This document shows, in pieces, positions 12,866 through 26,279 of a stretch of DNA of 64,000 nucleotides. The stretch lies in contig NC_043000.1 of assembly GCF_006345805.1 (NCBI RefSeq), forward strand, positions 28,272,001 through 28,336,000, written 5' to 3'. This stretch comes from Octopus sinensis (Eukaryota). The notes beneath the pieces were generated by a model, which saw nothing but the letters and a program-made list of their open reading frames with translations, did no database searches and was not told the origin of the DNA. Numbering within the stretch: position 1 is the stretch's first letter; every line of letters begins with the position of its first letter. The translations under genes were made by a program, and so were the position numbers.

Positions 12866-13368
12866 ATTAGCCAAACTAATCCCTCAGAGTAATCTGATTT
12901 GCTCATCATTTTTAAATATCCAGATTATTTGTTAGATAACTAACTCAGTCAATTTTGAAAAGTATCCAAGGATTACATCAATTTTGTAGTGAAAGATACA
13001 ACGTGATACATTTTCACTTAACATTTATTTGCTTTCCATTAACATAAAGTCTATAGAAGAACAAAAACATAAAATGACTAAACCGAACTAAATTATTATT
13101 TGAAATATTTCTCGGATTCAATAAAAGAAAATATATGGTGATAGAGGATAGTTTTATCGTTTCACTGACATTTTTTTAAAGTAATTATTTTTCCTAGAAG
13201 CATTGTGCTTCACTAACCTTTTTTTTTTTTGCTATTTCTCCGCTGTATTTCAATGCTGCAATATTTCAATTTATTTTTAAGTTTACACATATGTATTGTT
13301 TTCTATTTCATTTCAATTTTCGTTCTTAACTTTGTATATTATTGTTTGTTTGTGTAAAACTTTCCTAT

Positions 13369-13426
<58 letters not shown>

Positions 13427-15577
13427 ATATATATATATATAATATATATATATATATATACATTGGTTTGTTTCTTTTTTCTTTTTGCTTTGTTTTGTTT
13501 GTGTTTTTCTCTTTTACTTCTTTCCCCAATTCGCCTTGGTTTTGTTAATGATACTTCGTATACCGTTTGTCAGAGGAGAAATAATAGTTAATTTTAACTG
13601 TAACTTGATCTCGACGGTATCACTGCTTTCTTGTAGATTTCTTGATTCTTCTATATGTCTTGCAGAAAACCATAAAAGATATTTCGTACGGCACGCCATG
13701 ATTTGTTGAGAGAATAAGTCAGATTTTACGACTGCCAGCAACTTTCATCCGATCTGACCAGCACGCTTAATAGAGAAATTGAATTTTGTCTGAGATCGCC
13801 TGACTGAAAAAGTAAATTAACGAAAAGAAATATTGTCTCCCTCTCAATGTTGAAGGCTTATATTTTCTTATAGGTAATCTGATCTTGTTTACTGCGGTTT
13901 GGACCAGTATTTCTCCTATTATTTATAGCTATTGAACATGTACGTAGCGTAGATGAACAATCATCTTCCAGTCCCACCAACTGACGAATGTAAAGTAAAA
14001 CAGAAAGGAAAAAGAAACAAACACGAACAGGTCGTTCAGGCATTTAATCAGTTGGTGGGTGCAGCGAATATATTTTAAGGCTTCTTAAATGATAGCTTTA
14101 TCAGGCTAGTGTAACTACTGTGCGACCGCAATAATAACAGATATGCCATTAAGTATCATTTAATCATTTAGCTGAACTGTTTATAATCACAATGCAGATT
14201 GTATCCCGCTTTGACGTAGAACTGCAATATTTTATGTTCCCCGAAGCAGGTTGATGAAAGAACTGAGGCAAATTGCACCGACTTTACAACCATTTTGGTG
14301 CGAGAATCATTATTCTGTGTTATATGAATTAAATTGACATGCGAAAGTGGAAGCTGGTCAAATCGACTACAATGGTTTCTTGGCCGGAGAGTGTTCGCTT
14401 TATGTTCTGCACTTACAAGACAAAAGAAAGAAGCATAGCCGTCAACTGGTCAAACCATTTAATTTGAGAGAAGAACAATGTAAATACATAAAGATTAAAA
14501 CTGAGCCCAGCGAAAAAACTGCGTTTTTATCAGGTTTTTTTAATTTTTTTCCTTTTCGTTTGTCGAGCTAAACAGATCAAATCTGCATCGACGTTAACAT
14601 TTAGATCCTAGGAGAAAAAGGAAGATAAACTACAAAATGATGTCTCTCGCGAGAAATTCCGAGGAACAAGAAGAGGGAGAAGAAATACAAATAAATATTG
14701 AGACTACTGAATGAATGAATGAACGGAAAACTATTTAAATGTTACCCAAATTCTGTGCCAGCTTAGCGGTTCTATATTTAGAGGTAGTTGTTTAACTCCA
14801 TGTCAGCTCTGAGCAACAGTTCATATGACAAAAAGTAGTCCAGGTGTGAACATCCAATCACTTTTTAATATCTCTTACTCCATTATATAACGTAGCATAC
14901 AATCTCTCTTTCAATAACGGTAGCATGTGACCTGAGACATATTTGGATATTATTTTACGATAAAAGTTGGAGCACTTAGGAATACTCCAAGCCTTTTAAA
15001 CATGGTTTTTCAAGCGTGAACACTGTAAGAAAGAAAGCCAGCTTGAAGCAGTGCAAGTATTTGCTGGGGTATTTCTGGCCAAGCGGTGAGATCGGCCGAA
15101 GGTTCGTATTTCAACACCAACTAAAGGTGACATTTCGAAAACAGAAGACATTACCTAGGTGGACGCAGCTCCCACAGTTTCAAGTGCAACGGACCGTAGT
15201 ATTGTCTCATAAAAATTCTTTATTTGAAGATTTCTCCTACTTGCCGCTGGCCTTGTTTGGAGTCTCCACATATATACAGACATCACACACACGCGGGCGC
15301 GTGCACGTACACACATACACACACATATACGTATTATATAATATACATTATATAATATATATTCCCTTTTACTCTTTTACTAGTTTCAGTCATATATATA
15401 TATATCTAAACACACGCACACAGAGTATATATACATAGGTGTATTGTTATTTCTCAGTTTTCAGAGAGACGCTGAGGTTCCAACCTCGCCTAAACTATGG
15501 TATGTCTTGCTAGCCAAGCACCAACCGGGTTACCTACTCTGATCTCTCTCCAATTCTTTGAATCCCTATTCTAACTT

Positions 15578-15985
15578 AGGCATGGCTGTGTGATGAGACG
15601 CTTGCATCCCAGCCACATGGTTCCAGGTTCAGTTCCACTGTGTGGCACCTCAGGCAAGTGTCTTTTACTATAGCCTCGGGCAGACCAAAGTCTTGTAAGT
15701 GGATCTGATAGACGGAAACTGAAAGAACTGGTCGCATATATATATATATATATTTGTATTTTCGTCTGTGTTTCTCCCCCCCCCCCCACCAATGCTTGAG
15801 AACCGATGTTGATGTGTTTATGTCCCCGTAACTTGGCGGTTCGATAAAAGAGACTGATAGGATAAGTACTAGGCTTACAAAGAATTAGTCTTGGGGTCGA
15901 ATTGTTCAACTAAAAGCCACTAAGGTTGTGCTCCAGCATGGGCGCAATCAAATGACGGAAACAAGTAAAGGAGAAAAAGTAAAGA
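15578..15985 (+). mobile_element. SINE family B, full length
   Basis: tggctgtgtg head, ggttcagttccactgtgtggcacctcaggcaagtg, internal (TA)n, and tail gtgctccagcatggg..gaaacaagtaaag. Confidence 0.85.
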
Positions 15986-15999
15986 AAAAATATATATAT

Positions 16000-16358
16000 T
16001 CTTTTATTCTTTTACTGGTTTCAGCCACTTGACTGCGGCCATGCTGGAGCACCGCCTTTAGCCGAGCGAATCGACCCCAGGACTAATTCTTTGTATGCCT
16101 AGTACTTATACTATCGGTCTGTTTTGCCGAACCTCTAGGTCACGCGGATGTAAACAAACCAATACCGGTTGTCAAGCGATGGTGTTGGAGCAAACACACT
16201 CACACACACACACACATATATATACGACGGGCTTCTTTCAGTTTCCGTCTACCAAACCCACTCACAAGGCCTTGGTCGGCCCTAGGCTATAGTAGAAGAC
16301 ACCTGCAAAAGTTGCCACGCAGTGGGACTGAACCCGGGACCATGTGGTTGGAAAGCAA
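16000..16358 (-). mobile_element. SINE family B, near full length, inverted relative to the neighbouring copy
   Basis: Reverse complement of tail, body and head is readable throughout. Confidence 0.85.
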
Positions 16359-16599
16359 TCTTTTTATCAAATGTAATCTATTTTACACATTCTACCAACC
16401 GAATTCATGTCTCAGTCAAGGTATTCGTCAATTGAAATTCGTCTACGCTAGAAAAAATCCCAAGGGGGATCGAACCCTGAGCTTCATGGTTGGGAAGTTA
16501 ATTTTTCCTTTTTCGAAACAAATCCCTGACTTAATAGTCATTAATTACTGGTTCAACAATAAGTATTCTGTATAATGTTTTGAACGCGTTAATCTCACT

Positions 16600-16828
16600 T
16601 TACCCCTTTCGTTACTAACCCGACTGAAACCGGCTCTGGCTCTGTAGTACAAATGTCTTGTTTTCAAAAGTTTTGAACTAAAATCTCCCACCAAACCTTA
16701 GTCTCAATTTATGTTCCTAACACTAGCTGAATGATAACTAAGGTATTTTACTAAATTCTTTGTAATATTTAAAGTAATTGAAAGAAACACAAAATATCTG
16801 AAAATAAATACAACAACGAAAGGTTTAA
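16600..16828. mobile_element. piggyBac-type MITE, degenerate
   Basis: Ends ttacccctttcgtt / aacgaaaggtttaa are imperfect inverted repeats with TTAA-like flanks. Confidence 0.55.
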
Positions 16829-16852
16829 AAACAAAAACGGTGTGTGTGTGTG

Positions 16853-16898
<46 letters not shown>

Positions 16899-17508
16899 TG
16901 TGTGTGTGTGTCTGTGTGTGTGTGTCTGTGTGTGTGTGTCTGTGTGTGAGTGTGTGTGTGTGTTGGATTTCCATTTACATGAATCACGTCTTTATTGTTT
17001 TCAGGAAAATGCATGAACATCTCTACTTCTGTTCAAAAATTTTTCTAGTGTTCAATGACGTTTGTAGCGTAGTAATTAAGAAAGCAGGCAGAAGGCACAG
17101 TTACTGCATGACGTTATCTATCATATTTGGCCGAGAAAGAAAATATGACTGATGCATCAATACAAATTTTCCTCAGGAGGCGGTTATAATTCAACCGACA
17201 CTGCATAAAAAGGTAAAAGTGAGGCCAACGTTAGTATCAGTTCGATATAACAATAGAGGTGAACAGAGGGAAAAAATTCTAACAAAAATCAAACTGAAAT
17301 ATTTTTGACCATTGTAGATATTTAATAAATGTATGACTAGCACTATAGTTTCTTTTGAGAAAAAGAATGTAGAATATAGAAGTGTGTTTCTATTAGATAT
17401 AGATGAGGACAGCTGAAACCGGTCGCTCTTTGTGTAGCGCACAACTCTTTCCTAAACAATAGTCATACAACAAGAAAGAAAATCGTTGCTACAGACAGCA
17501 ATAAATAG

Positions 17509-17566
<58 letters not shown>

Positions 17567-17576
17567 GTAAGCATGT

Positions 17577-17661
<85 letters not shown>

Positions 17662-18599
17662 AATAAACAAATAAAAATGGTTGGAAAGCAGGTGAAAATA
17701 AAATTGTTTGTAATGGAATGGACACCAAAGATTTATAAATAATAATAATAATAATAATAATAGCAAAAACGACAGCAAAATAGAGGGAAGTGAAAAGAAA
17801 TATTTAGTACAAAATAATGGCTATTGCTTTCATTGTTATATTTTGATCTGAACTAATAGATAATTAATAAAATGAACTGAAATGCGATCAATGAATGAGA
17901 AATAACTGGCGTGCAATATTAATGTTTCGAACCGTTATTGATAATGAGTGCATCAATGGTGAACAGTGGATCTTTTAATAGGGTCGTTATTACAACATTC
18001 AGCTGAAGAATTTAAGAATTTATGTAAATGCATTAACGCAGCTCAGGCTTCAGAGAGAAAACATTATAAGATTTCATTTTGTCGCTGGCTCATGTTAGCT
18101 TTTTGTTTGTTGTTTGTTTTTGCTGTGTTTTGGTTTGTGGGTTTTTTTTTTCTTGGTTTTGTCCAATTTTTTGTAGTTGCACTGTTTGTTTCTCTAATGG
18201 GATGTTTTAGTTTTTGTTATAAAGTAGATTTGTTGTTTTCAATTTTATTTCTTATCGCACCGTGAGCTATAGCAATAGTGTTGTAAGGATTGCACGACTA
18301 GGCTTTCATTCCGTTTCTAAAAAATTTAACGTTTGTTCTAGAAGTGAAACATGTATTTCAAACAGATTTAATTTTTTTATACATTAACTTGTCTGTTTTT
18401 CTTTTCTGTTGAGCTTATTTAGGTGAACTTCTTAACAACTGATATATTAACAATACACTTCTCTGTGTGGCATTCACAATCTCCCTGTTTTACCAACTCT
18501 GCATAATAAATATTCTCTTTATATTGTTTTATATGATTTGGCACTACGGTACAATATTTTTCACGACCTACTTTTCATTATATTACACTCAATTGTAAA

Positions 18600-18810
18600 G
18601 CAGCGAGCTGGCTAAATCGTTAACACATCAGACAAAATGCTTAGCGTTGTTCTGAGTTCAAATATCACTGAGGATGGCTTTGCATTTCATTCTTACTGTT
18701 TCGATAAAATAAGTACAAGTTGGTACTTATTTCGATAAAATAAGTACCATTGCAGTCGATGAAATGACTTACCCATACCTACTGCCCTCCAAAATTTGAA
18801 GCTATTATGT
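18600..18810 (+). mobile_element. SINE family A, degenerate
   Basis: cagcgagctggc..aaaatgcttagc..ttctgagttcaaa..ttcgataaaataagtacca. Confidence 0.7.
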
Positions 18811-18859
18811 TAGGTTCAAGTCTTTACGTAAACATCAGAAAGATAGAAGTCAACTTTAG

Positions 18860-19435
18860 ATAACATTGTGAGATGAGAGGGGTGAAACGGTACGGCAACA
18901 TCGTAAGCGAATGCCCGAAATTGGCACAAAACGAATATAAAGACGCCATGAAAATGTGCCAAGAATGATTCATTGGGAGCTCTGTGGAAATAACAGCCTA
19001 CAAAGAGCAAAGACGTGTTATGAACAAACCCTAAAAGGAGTCACCGAGAATGAGAATTTGAAAATTCTGCGGGATGCAATGATTCAGTGCGATGACTTGA
19101 CCTGACATAGGAAATCGGACATTGTTGTGGTGAATAAAAAAGAAAGAACATGCCTGATAATCAACAAAGCATGCCCCGGTGACAACTGTATCAATGTGAA
19201 AGAAGAGGAGAAAAAGAAACTACTATAACGATTTGAAGAGTGAAGTACGAAGTTTGTGGTCTTTGAGGACAGTAGACGTGATACCAATAGTAATTATTTC
19301 ACTTGGAAGTATCATCACTCAACTACCAGCATGGCTGAAAAAGATTGGTGCAAGTGTGACGGTAGAAACATTCAGAAAAATCAGTAGTGCTTGGCACTGC
19401 AAGATTTTTTCACAGTGTTCTTGAAGCATGATCAA
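18860..19435 (+). pseudogene. R4/Dong-like non-LTR retrotransposon, CCHC plus restriction-like endonuclease fragment
   Basis: NIVSECPKLAQNEYK-RHENVPRMIHWELC; RKSDIVVVNKKERTCLII; KEEEKK..DLKSEVRSLW..VIPIVIISLG. Confidence 0.85.
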
Positions 19436-19499
19436 ATGTCACATTAGTCTGCTCACGTTCCATCATACCCAGCAAAATAAGCTGTGAGTTATCATCACA

Positions 19500-20653
19500 A
19501 GCGAAGATGAGCCTACTCGATCGCACTACCCAAAAGACAACGGCAACATAAGGTGCCCTCTAACCTAAAGCGATTGTACACAGGCTCCACATGAAAATAG
19601 GTAAAGGTGGACGTTGGCAGAATAGCGTACGGGAGTGCATCAACAGTGAAAGAAGAAACATAGCAGAATATTAGATAAACAGCAAGCAAGACCTGCTACA
19701 TTGTGCTGCTAATGCAGAAGGATTTAACAGAAATGGACTTGAGAGTGCTCATGAATTCCGATCAAGAACAGCCAACGAGAGAGAAGAAGCCCTACTCCGT
19801 ATGGAATTACATAGTCAGTTCTACCGTGAAACCAACAAATTAAAAGACCAGGAAGTATCACGAGGGTGGTTTAACAAGGGTGACCTAAAAAGAACACTGA
19901 AAGCCTAATCATCGCTACCCAGGGCCAGGTATTGAATACCAACTCAGTGAAAAAGTATATATACCACACAAGTGCAACGGGCCACTGCAGAATCTGTGGG
20001 AAAAGTGTCGAAAGCGTACACTCACATTGTTAGTGCTTATGAAAGTCTTGCGCAGAAATTGTACAAGCCTAGACATGACATGGTAGCCCCAAACCGCCAC
20101 TGGCTGCTATGCCTTAAGTATAGATATGAAGTTACGGGTTCTTGGTACCAACATATACAGGAAAAAGTAACGGGCGAAAAGGTGAGGGCAAAAATCCTCT
20201 TGGACTTCCAGACAGACAAGGTATTTAGAGCACCGATGGCAGGATATAGTAACCTTCACGAAGGACAAACGAGAGCGCCTAATAATTGACGTGGCAGTGC
20301 CAGGAGATCAACATATCATCATGAAAGAAAGAGAAATGGTTCGTAAATATGGAGACCTGAGAATTGAGATCTCTAAGATGTGGCAGCGACGGGAATCAAA
20401 CATAATGGATAGCCCTACTTTCATCGGAACATTGGGTCCAATACCACCCAACCTGAAAAGACATCTGAAAACCCTGGAGATCCCTACAATCTAGGTGTAT
20501 TGAAAAAGTCGCCATGACTTGGAACTGCACGCTTATTGCGTAAAATACTGTCTGTCTGAGGCCCTTGTTGTGACTTGACAAACAATGTAAAGCCCCAGTA
20601 GATACGATATCTTCAATCAACAACATCATGATATTGTATACTGTGCGATGCCT
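19500..20653 (+). pseudogene. R4/Dong-like retrotransposon 3' portion (second, divergent element)
   Basis: HSQFYRETN, ESLIIATQGQVLNTNSVKKYIYH, CRICGKS..THIVS..LYKPRHD, IIDVAVPGD..KYGDLRIEISKMW; followed directly by (TAA)n. Confidence 0.85.
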
Positions 20654-20674
20654 ATAATAATAATAATAATGATG

Positions 20675-20722
<48 letters not shown>

Positions 20723-20736
20723 TAATAGTGATAATA

Positions 20737-20787
<51 letters not shown>

Positions 20788-20792
20788 TAGTG

Positions 20793-20855
<63 letters not shown>

Positions 20856-20890
20856 GTGATAATAATAATAATGATGATGATGATGATGAT
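20654..20890. repeat. (TAA)n microsatellite ending in (GAT)n
   Basis: Direct reading. Confidence 0.95.
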
Positions 20891-20959
20891 TTGTCGACAC
20901 TAAGGTTAAAGTAAACCACCTACTATGTATGAATGATGTCAAACTGTATACACAATGTG

Positions 20960-22540
20960 AAAAAAGACTATTATTCATTAATCCAAGGAGTAAGATAATT
21001 TAGGAAGGTTATTTTAAGGCGATTTAGCGTAATTGAGTGTGTAATGTTTAATTATGAAGAGAGGCCGAAAGATAAATTCTGATAGTGTAATATTACCGCA
21101 AACTGATATCATTACATCACTGAGAAATAATGAAGGACAAAAGTACCTGGGGGTGCTGCAGAATGATGATAGGATAATGGAATGAGAAACGAGAGAAAAA
21201 AACTCAAAAGGAGAAAAGAGATGAATTAAGAAGGTGCTCGAAGCAAAGTTAAATTAACCAAATATTGTCAAACTAATAAATACACGAGTGATGCTAGTAT
21301 TAAGAAACTTTGCTCCTTTTCTAGAATTGACAACGACATAATTAGAGAACTTGGATACGAGAACTAGGAAGCTGGTCATACTGCACATGCGCAGATTTGT
21401 ATTTACCAAGAAAGGGTGGAGACAAAGGATTGCTAAGTGCAGAAGACACCATTACTTCTGCTTTAGTGGGTTTGTAGAACTTGGAGGTAGCACAAAAAAA
21501 AATAGTACCGGCGACTAGAAATTTCCAGAAAAGCAGTGGAGCAGTGGGAGAATTCAAGAAAAGAAGGACGAGCAAGAGAGCAAGTAGCGAGGAAAAGAAG
21601 GAATTACGTGGCTACATTTAATGCAACAAACCGAGGGTATTAGAGGTAAAGAATGCTAGTTCGTGGACGATATTGGAATTGAGACTTGCTTTACTGACCA
21701 AGAGAAAAGTGCAATCTTGTATCTCTTTTACTCTTTTACTTGTTTCAGTCATTTGATTGCGGTCATGCTGGAGCACCGGATTTAGTCCAGCAAATGAACC
21801 CCATGACTTATTCTTTGGAAACCTAGTACTTATTCTATCGCTCTCTTTTGCCGAACCGCTATGTTACGGCGACGTAAACACACCAGCATCGGTTGTCAAG
21901 TGATGTTGGGGGGACAAAGACAAACACACAACACACACACACACATACACACACACATATGTATATATATATATATATAGACGACAGGCTTCTTTCAGTT
22001 TCCGTCTACCAAATCCACTCGCAAAGCTTTGGTCGGCTCAAGGCTATAGTAGTAGACACTTGACCAAGGTGCCACGCAGTGGGACTGAACCCGGAGCCAT
22101 TAAGGGTTTGAATAGTTAAGTAAATACAATGTCTCAAAATAATACGAGTTCTCAAAAATGTGGCATCTAAGAACGACAACTCTACCTGTAGTCATCGGAG
22201 CTTTGGTGATAATACGAAATTGCACTGTTGAACAATATGGATAAATATCAGGAAACCATAAATATCAGAACTAAAACAATTGTTTTGATGGTTACTGCCC
22301 ATAATCTGAGTAAAAACATTATCAATCTGAGAATATCCGATTCTGAATTTGAAAATATTTCAAAATTAATAGAATCTTAATTCGCCAAATCTGGTCTCCT
22401 TTGCAAAAATATATATCATCGGTCATCGTAAATAACATTCACGGGAAAATGTAACTTGCTGTTACTCGAGACCTCCGGATGAGAGACTTAGAAACCCCAA
22501 ACAGAAACATCAACTGAAATAATACTAGTAATAGTAATCT
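20960..22540 (+). pseudogene. Third R4/Dong-like fragment interrupted by a SINE B
   Basis: LIMKRGRK..KYLGVLQ..LDTRTRKL..LYLPRKGGDKGL (21050-21450). After the SINE, KMWHLRTTTLPVVIGAL (~22155-22205). Joining the two halves into one element is inference. Confidence 0.7.
21722..22100 (-). mobile_element. SINE family B, 5'-truncated
   Basis: tcttttactcttttacttgtttcagtc..atgctggagcacc tail and body in reverse. Confidence 0.85.
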
Positions 22541-22559
22541 TTTCAGGAAGGGGTCCTGA

Positions 22560-22745
22560 AATTTTAGGAGTGGGAAGCTAGTCGATTACATCAACCCCAG
22601 TCGTCAATTGGTCCTTATTTTATCGACCATGAAATTTTGAAATGCATAGTCGAACTCGGCGGAATTTGAACTCGGAGTGTAAACACAAACGCAAATGCCG
22701 CTAAATATTTTGCCTGGCGTGTTAACAATTCTGGCCGCCGGCGAC
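22560..22745 (-). mobile_element. SINE family A (A2 tail)
   Basis: Reverse-complement body: gtcgattacatcaacccc..ggcggaatttgaactc. Confidence 0.75.
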
Positions 22746-22752
22746 ATTAATG

Positions 22753-22860
22753 ATGATGACGAAATGACGAGATGATGATGATGATGGTGATGATGATGAC
22801 GATGATGACGATGATGACGATGATGATGATGATGACGACGATGATGATGATGATAATAAC
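22753..22860. repeat. (GAT)n/(GAC)n microsatellite
   Basis: Direct reading. Confidence 0.95.
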
Positions 22861-24301
22861 AAAAATAATCCAAGAACAATGGTGGAAGTATAACAAAACT
22901 TTTTTTTTTCCGAAAAACAGGTCTCAGGGGAATGATATTCTAATCTGACCGTGGTTGACATTCTAACATGAAAACATTGATTATCTTCAATAGTGTTTGA
23001 ATATTGTATTGTCGACATCTTTGAAGTTCAATTACATTGGTCGCTCTAGCGTGGCTTCTGTGACAGAACAATCAATCAAATGCCGGGATAAATTAAAAAG
23101 GACAAATCGATAAAAAAAAAGTAACAACATTCCTTTTAATTTGTTTAAACGTTTTAACAAGTCATTACTGTTATAATCTTGCATATCTGTTTGATATATG
23201 TGTTTTGTTTGTTTTGTTTTTTTTTTGTTTCTATATTTGCACATAGATGTGTTTGTGAATGTCTGCATACACCTAGATAAAAATGTATGTCTTATAATGG
23301 ATAGAATGATATAGAATAGAAGACATCACTGAAAAGTTACATTCATTCGTACTTGTTCTAGAATATTTGTTTGTGTGTGTGTACGTCTGTGTGTGTGTGA
23401 GCTTGAGTGTCTACGTGTGCGTGTACACTTGTGTGTATATAAGCGTGTGCGTGTGTGTGCGTATGTGTGTATATGTATGTGTGTGTTTGTGTGTGTGGGC
23501 TTGTGTGCGTGCGTGTGCACTTGTGTGTGTGCGTACGTGTGTATATGTATGTGTGTGTTTGTGTGTGTATATGTATGTGTGTGTGTGTTATACGTATTAT
23601 TTATCATACTGATTATTTATCTTACTGATTACGATTTTTTAGAGGTATTTAAGGATACTTAATTAACCGTTTATTACTTTCTTTAAACCATTTCATGTTT
23701 TTATTTCTTTCAGGTCCGCCATGGTAGATAAAATGCTAAAACAAGAAATGAAAAGACATGCAGTTATTATTTCCATGTAAACATTGCCATAACATCTTTC
23801 TAAATGTTGCAACATCTTTTGTACACAAATTTCTCATGCAATTGCGATCGATCCTTGTCTTAAGGCCGTTGTACACAAACTTCAAAAGCAATTGTAAGCA
23901 TTCTAGAAAGTCCGGCATTATAATAATACCGCAGTTCATCAAAGGAGTTCAGAACATATTAATCGTTAATAATCTCGGAAAATTGATGAGAACCATTGAC
24001 AAAGAACATCATGAGTCGGATTGGAATATCTGAACGGTGGTGCACGAGAACATTCGATACAAGTCCTATGTACTGGGAAGAGTCCAATTCATGTCTTTCA
24101 TAGATACAGGAAAACCGTTTGATACGTACAAAATGGTTACTCAATAAGGTGACAACTAGGTAAATTAACGTAAGATCTTCCGCAATATGCAAATTTTTCA
24201 GGTCTCCAAACGCACAACTCTGTCCGTTAACTGAGTTATTTAATTTAAATATAGCCTCATTTCTACAAACAATATTGGTACGAGAGAGTACATATTCATG
24301 A

Positions 24302-24685
24302 TGGAAGCACTCCGTCGGTTACGACGATGAGGGTTCCGGTTGATCCGAATCAATGGAACAGCCTGCTCGTGAAATTAACGTGTAAGTGCCTGAGCACTCC
24401 ACAGACACGTGTGCCCTTAACGTAGTTCTCGGGGATATTCAGCGTGACACAGAGAGTGACAAGGCCGCTCCTTTGAAATACAGGTACAACAGAAACAGGA
24501 AGTAAGAGTGAGAGAAAGTTGTGGTGAAAGAGTACAGCAGGGATCACCACCATCCCCTGCCGGAGCCTCGTGGAGCTTTTAGGTATTTTCGCTCAATAAA
24601 CACTCACAACGCCCGGTCTGGGAATCGAAACCGCGATCCTATGACCGCGAGTCCGCTGCCCTAACCACTGGGCCATTGCGCCTCC
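24302..24685 (-). mobile_element. tRNA-derived SINE family C, full length
   Basis: The minus strand reads ggaggcgcaatggcccagtggttagggcagcggactcgcggtcataggatcgcggtttcgattccc (A and B boxes), then body and tail cacgttaatttcacgagc..accgacggagtgcttcca. Confidence 0.9.
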
Positions 24686-25457
24686 AGTACATATTCAACA
24701 TGTTATGCAAAGCACCGTTCGGAAAACTCCGCTCTTCAGTCTGGCTTAATCTTTTATTGGTAGTATGGACTATTCTTAGAATATAACTATTCTAATGACA
24801 ACGATGAGCGTTTGACTTGGAAATTCCTATCTCATAACTTGTTTGTCTCACAGATTTGTATACATTCACATATATGCTGAAAACATGCCTTGTCTGTATT
24901 CATGTGCATTCTTCCATGTGCTTGTGTGATTGTGTGTAGAGTTAGTTAGACGAGTGTTAGTATGTGCATGTATGAATGTGTGACTGTGTTTGGTCTTAAT
25001 AATTCTATTCACTTAGATTGTCGTCCGGCAATTGTGTTTGCTCTGCCTAATCTGATAGCAGCATCTGATGGTAGGATAAATGAAGATAATTTTTACAACA
25101 CATTCAGACAAGGCGTTGTTGATTTGAGAAATATATGCAAGCAAAGTTGCCTCGTTTAAAACCTTTCAAGGCTATTTTGTAATCTGTTAGCTTTTGTTAA
25201 TTGTTTCACATACTAAAGACTAAAGACAAATAATGAATAAGGGAAAATGTTTCAGCTGAAGTATAAGTGTGGTAGACAGTGTATTATAGTAATCCCACGC
25301 AATATCGTGATTCACCTATCGTGGTTCACTTATCACGATTTATTAATTAAGTTTATCTCGATTCCTCTCTGGCGTTGTTTTCCATTTATAATATAATGTA
25401 CAAATATGTACAAATTATAAAAATATGTACAAATTATAAAAATAATTTTTAAAATTA

Positions 25458-25880
25458 GGCATGGGAGTGGCTGTGTGGTAAGTAGCTTGCTTACGAACCA
25501 CATGGTTCCGGGTTCAGGCCCACTGTGTGCCACCTTGGGCAAGTGTCTTCTACTATAGCCTCGGACCGACCAAAGCCTTGTGAGTGGATTTGGTTGACGG
25601 AAACTGAAAAGAAGCCAGTCGTATATTTGTGTGTATATATATATATATGTATGTGTGTGTATGTGTTTGTGTGTCTGTGTCTCTCCCCCCAACATCGCTT
25701 GACACCCGATACTGATGTGTTTACGTCCCCGTAACTTGGCGGTCCGGCAAAAGAAACAGATAGAATAAGTACAAGGCTTACAAAGAATAAGTAGTCTGTG
25801 CCGATTTGCTCGACTAAAGGCGGTGCTCCAGCATGGCCACAGTCACATGACTGAAACAAGCAAAAGAGTAAAATAGAAAA
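25458..25880 (+). mobile_element. SINE family B, full length
   Basis: Head, internal (TA)n(TG)n and tail aaggcggtgctccagcatggccacagtcacatgactgaaacaag. Confidence 0.9.
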
Positions 25881-26020
25881 GAATAATACAGTAGTGTTTC
25901 TACTACGCAGATTTTCACCAATCGCGCTGGGTTTTGGAACGTAACACCCGCGGTAGTCGGGAGATTACTGGATACGAAAAGAGTCGGTGCAACGAGAACA
26001 AAAGTATGAATGTAACTTAA

Positions 26021-26236
26021 CCCTTTAGCATTTATACCGGCCATTTCCGCCCCAAATATTCTTCGTGTGTTATGCTCAAGCCAGCCAGGTCTGACTTCTC
26101 AAATCTACCCTACAATGCGACTCTAAAAATATACCACTGAATAATCAAAATCTCAAAGTTATCAGATAATGTTTGATTCATTCAAAATAATACGAATAAA
26201 TACAGCATTTGGCAGAGTAATCTGAATACTAAAGGA
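26021..26236. mobile_element. piggyBac-type MITE with TTAA target duplication
   Basis: TTAA(26017-20)-ccctttagcatt ... aatactaaagga-TTAA(26237-40). Confidence 0.75.
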
Positions 26237-26279
26237 TTAAAGAATTATACCAGTTATCATTTATCTATTATTTGCTTCT

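Noticed and set aside
13876-14714. Possible plus-strand exons (GNLILFTAVWTSISPIIYSY*; PRRKRKINYKMMSLARNSEEQEEGEEIQINIETTE* at 14605-14714)
   Set aside because: Both end in stops, they cannot be linked into a model, and no homology is recognised.
17395-17435. agatgag-gacagct-gaaaccggtc (and gaaaccggtc at 29734)
   Set aside because: The palindromic helix III and GUC are present, but C3/U4 are missing and helix I does not form. At most a dead relic.
23713-24200. Possible C2H2 zinc-finger relic (FPCKHCHNIF.., AVHQRS, TGKPF) after a tttcag acceptor
   Set aside because: The motifs lie in different frames and no complete finger or TGEKP linker is present.
24610-24685. tRNA-like sequence (also 9306, 43680, 62345)
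   Set aside because: A and B boxes are present, but the acceptor stem does not pair and the sequence continues into a SINE body. These are SINE heads, not tRNA genes.
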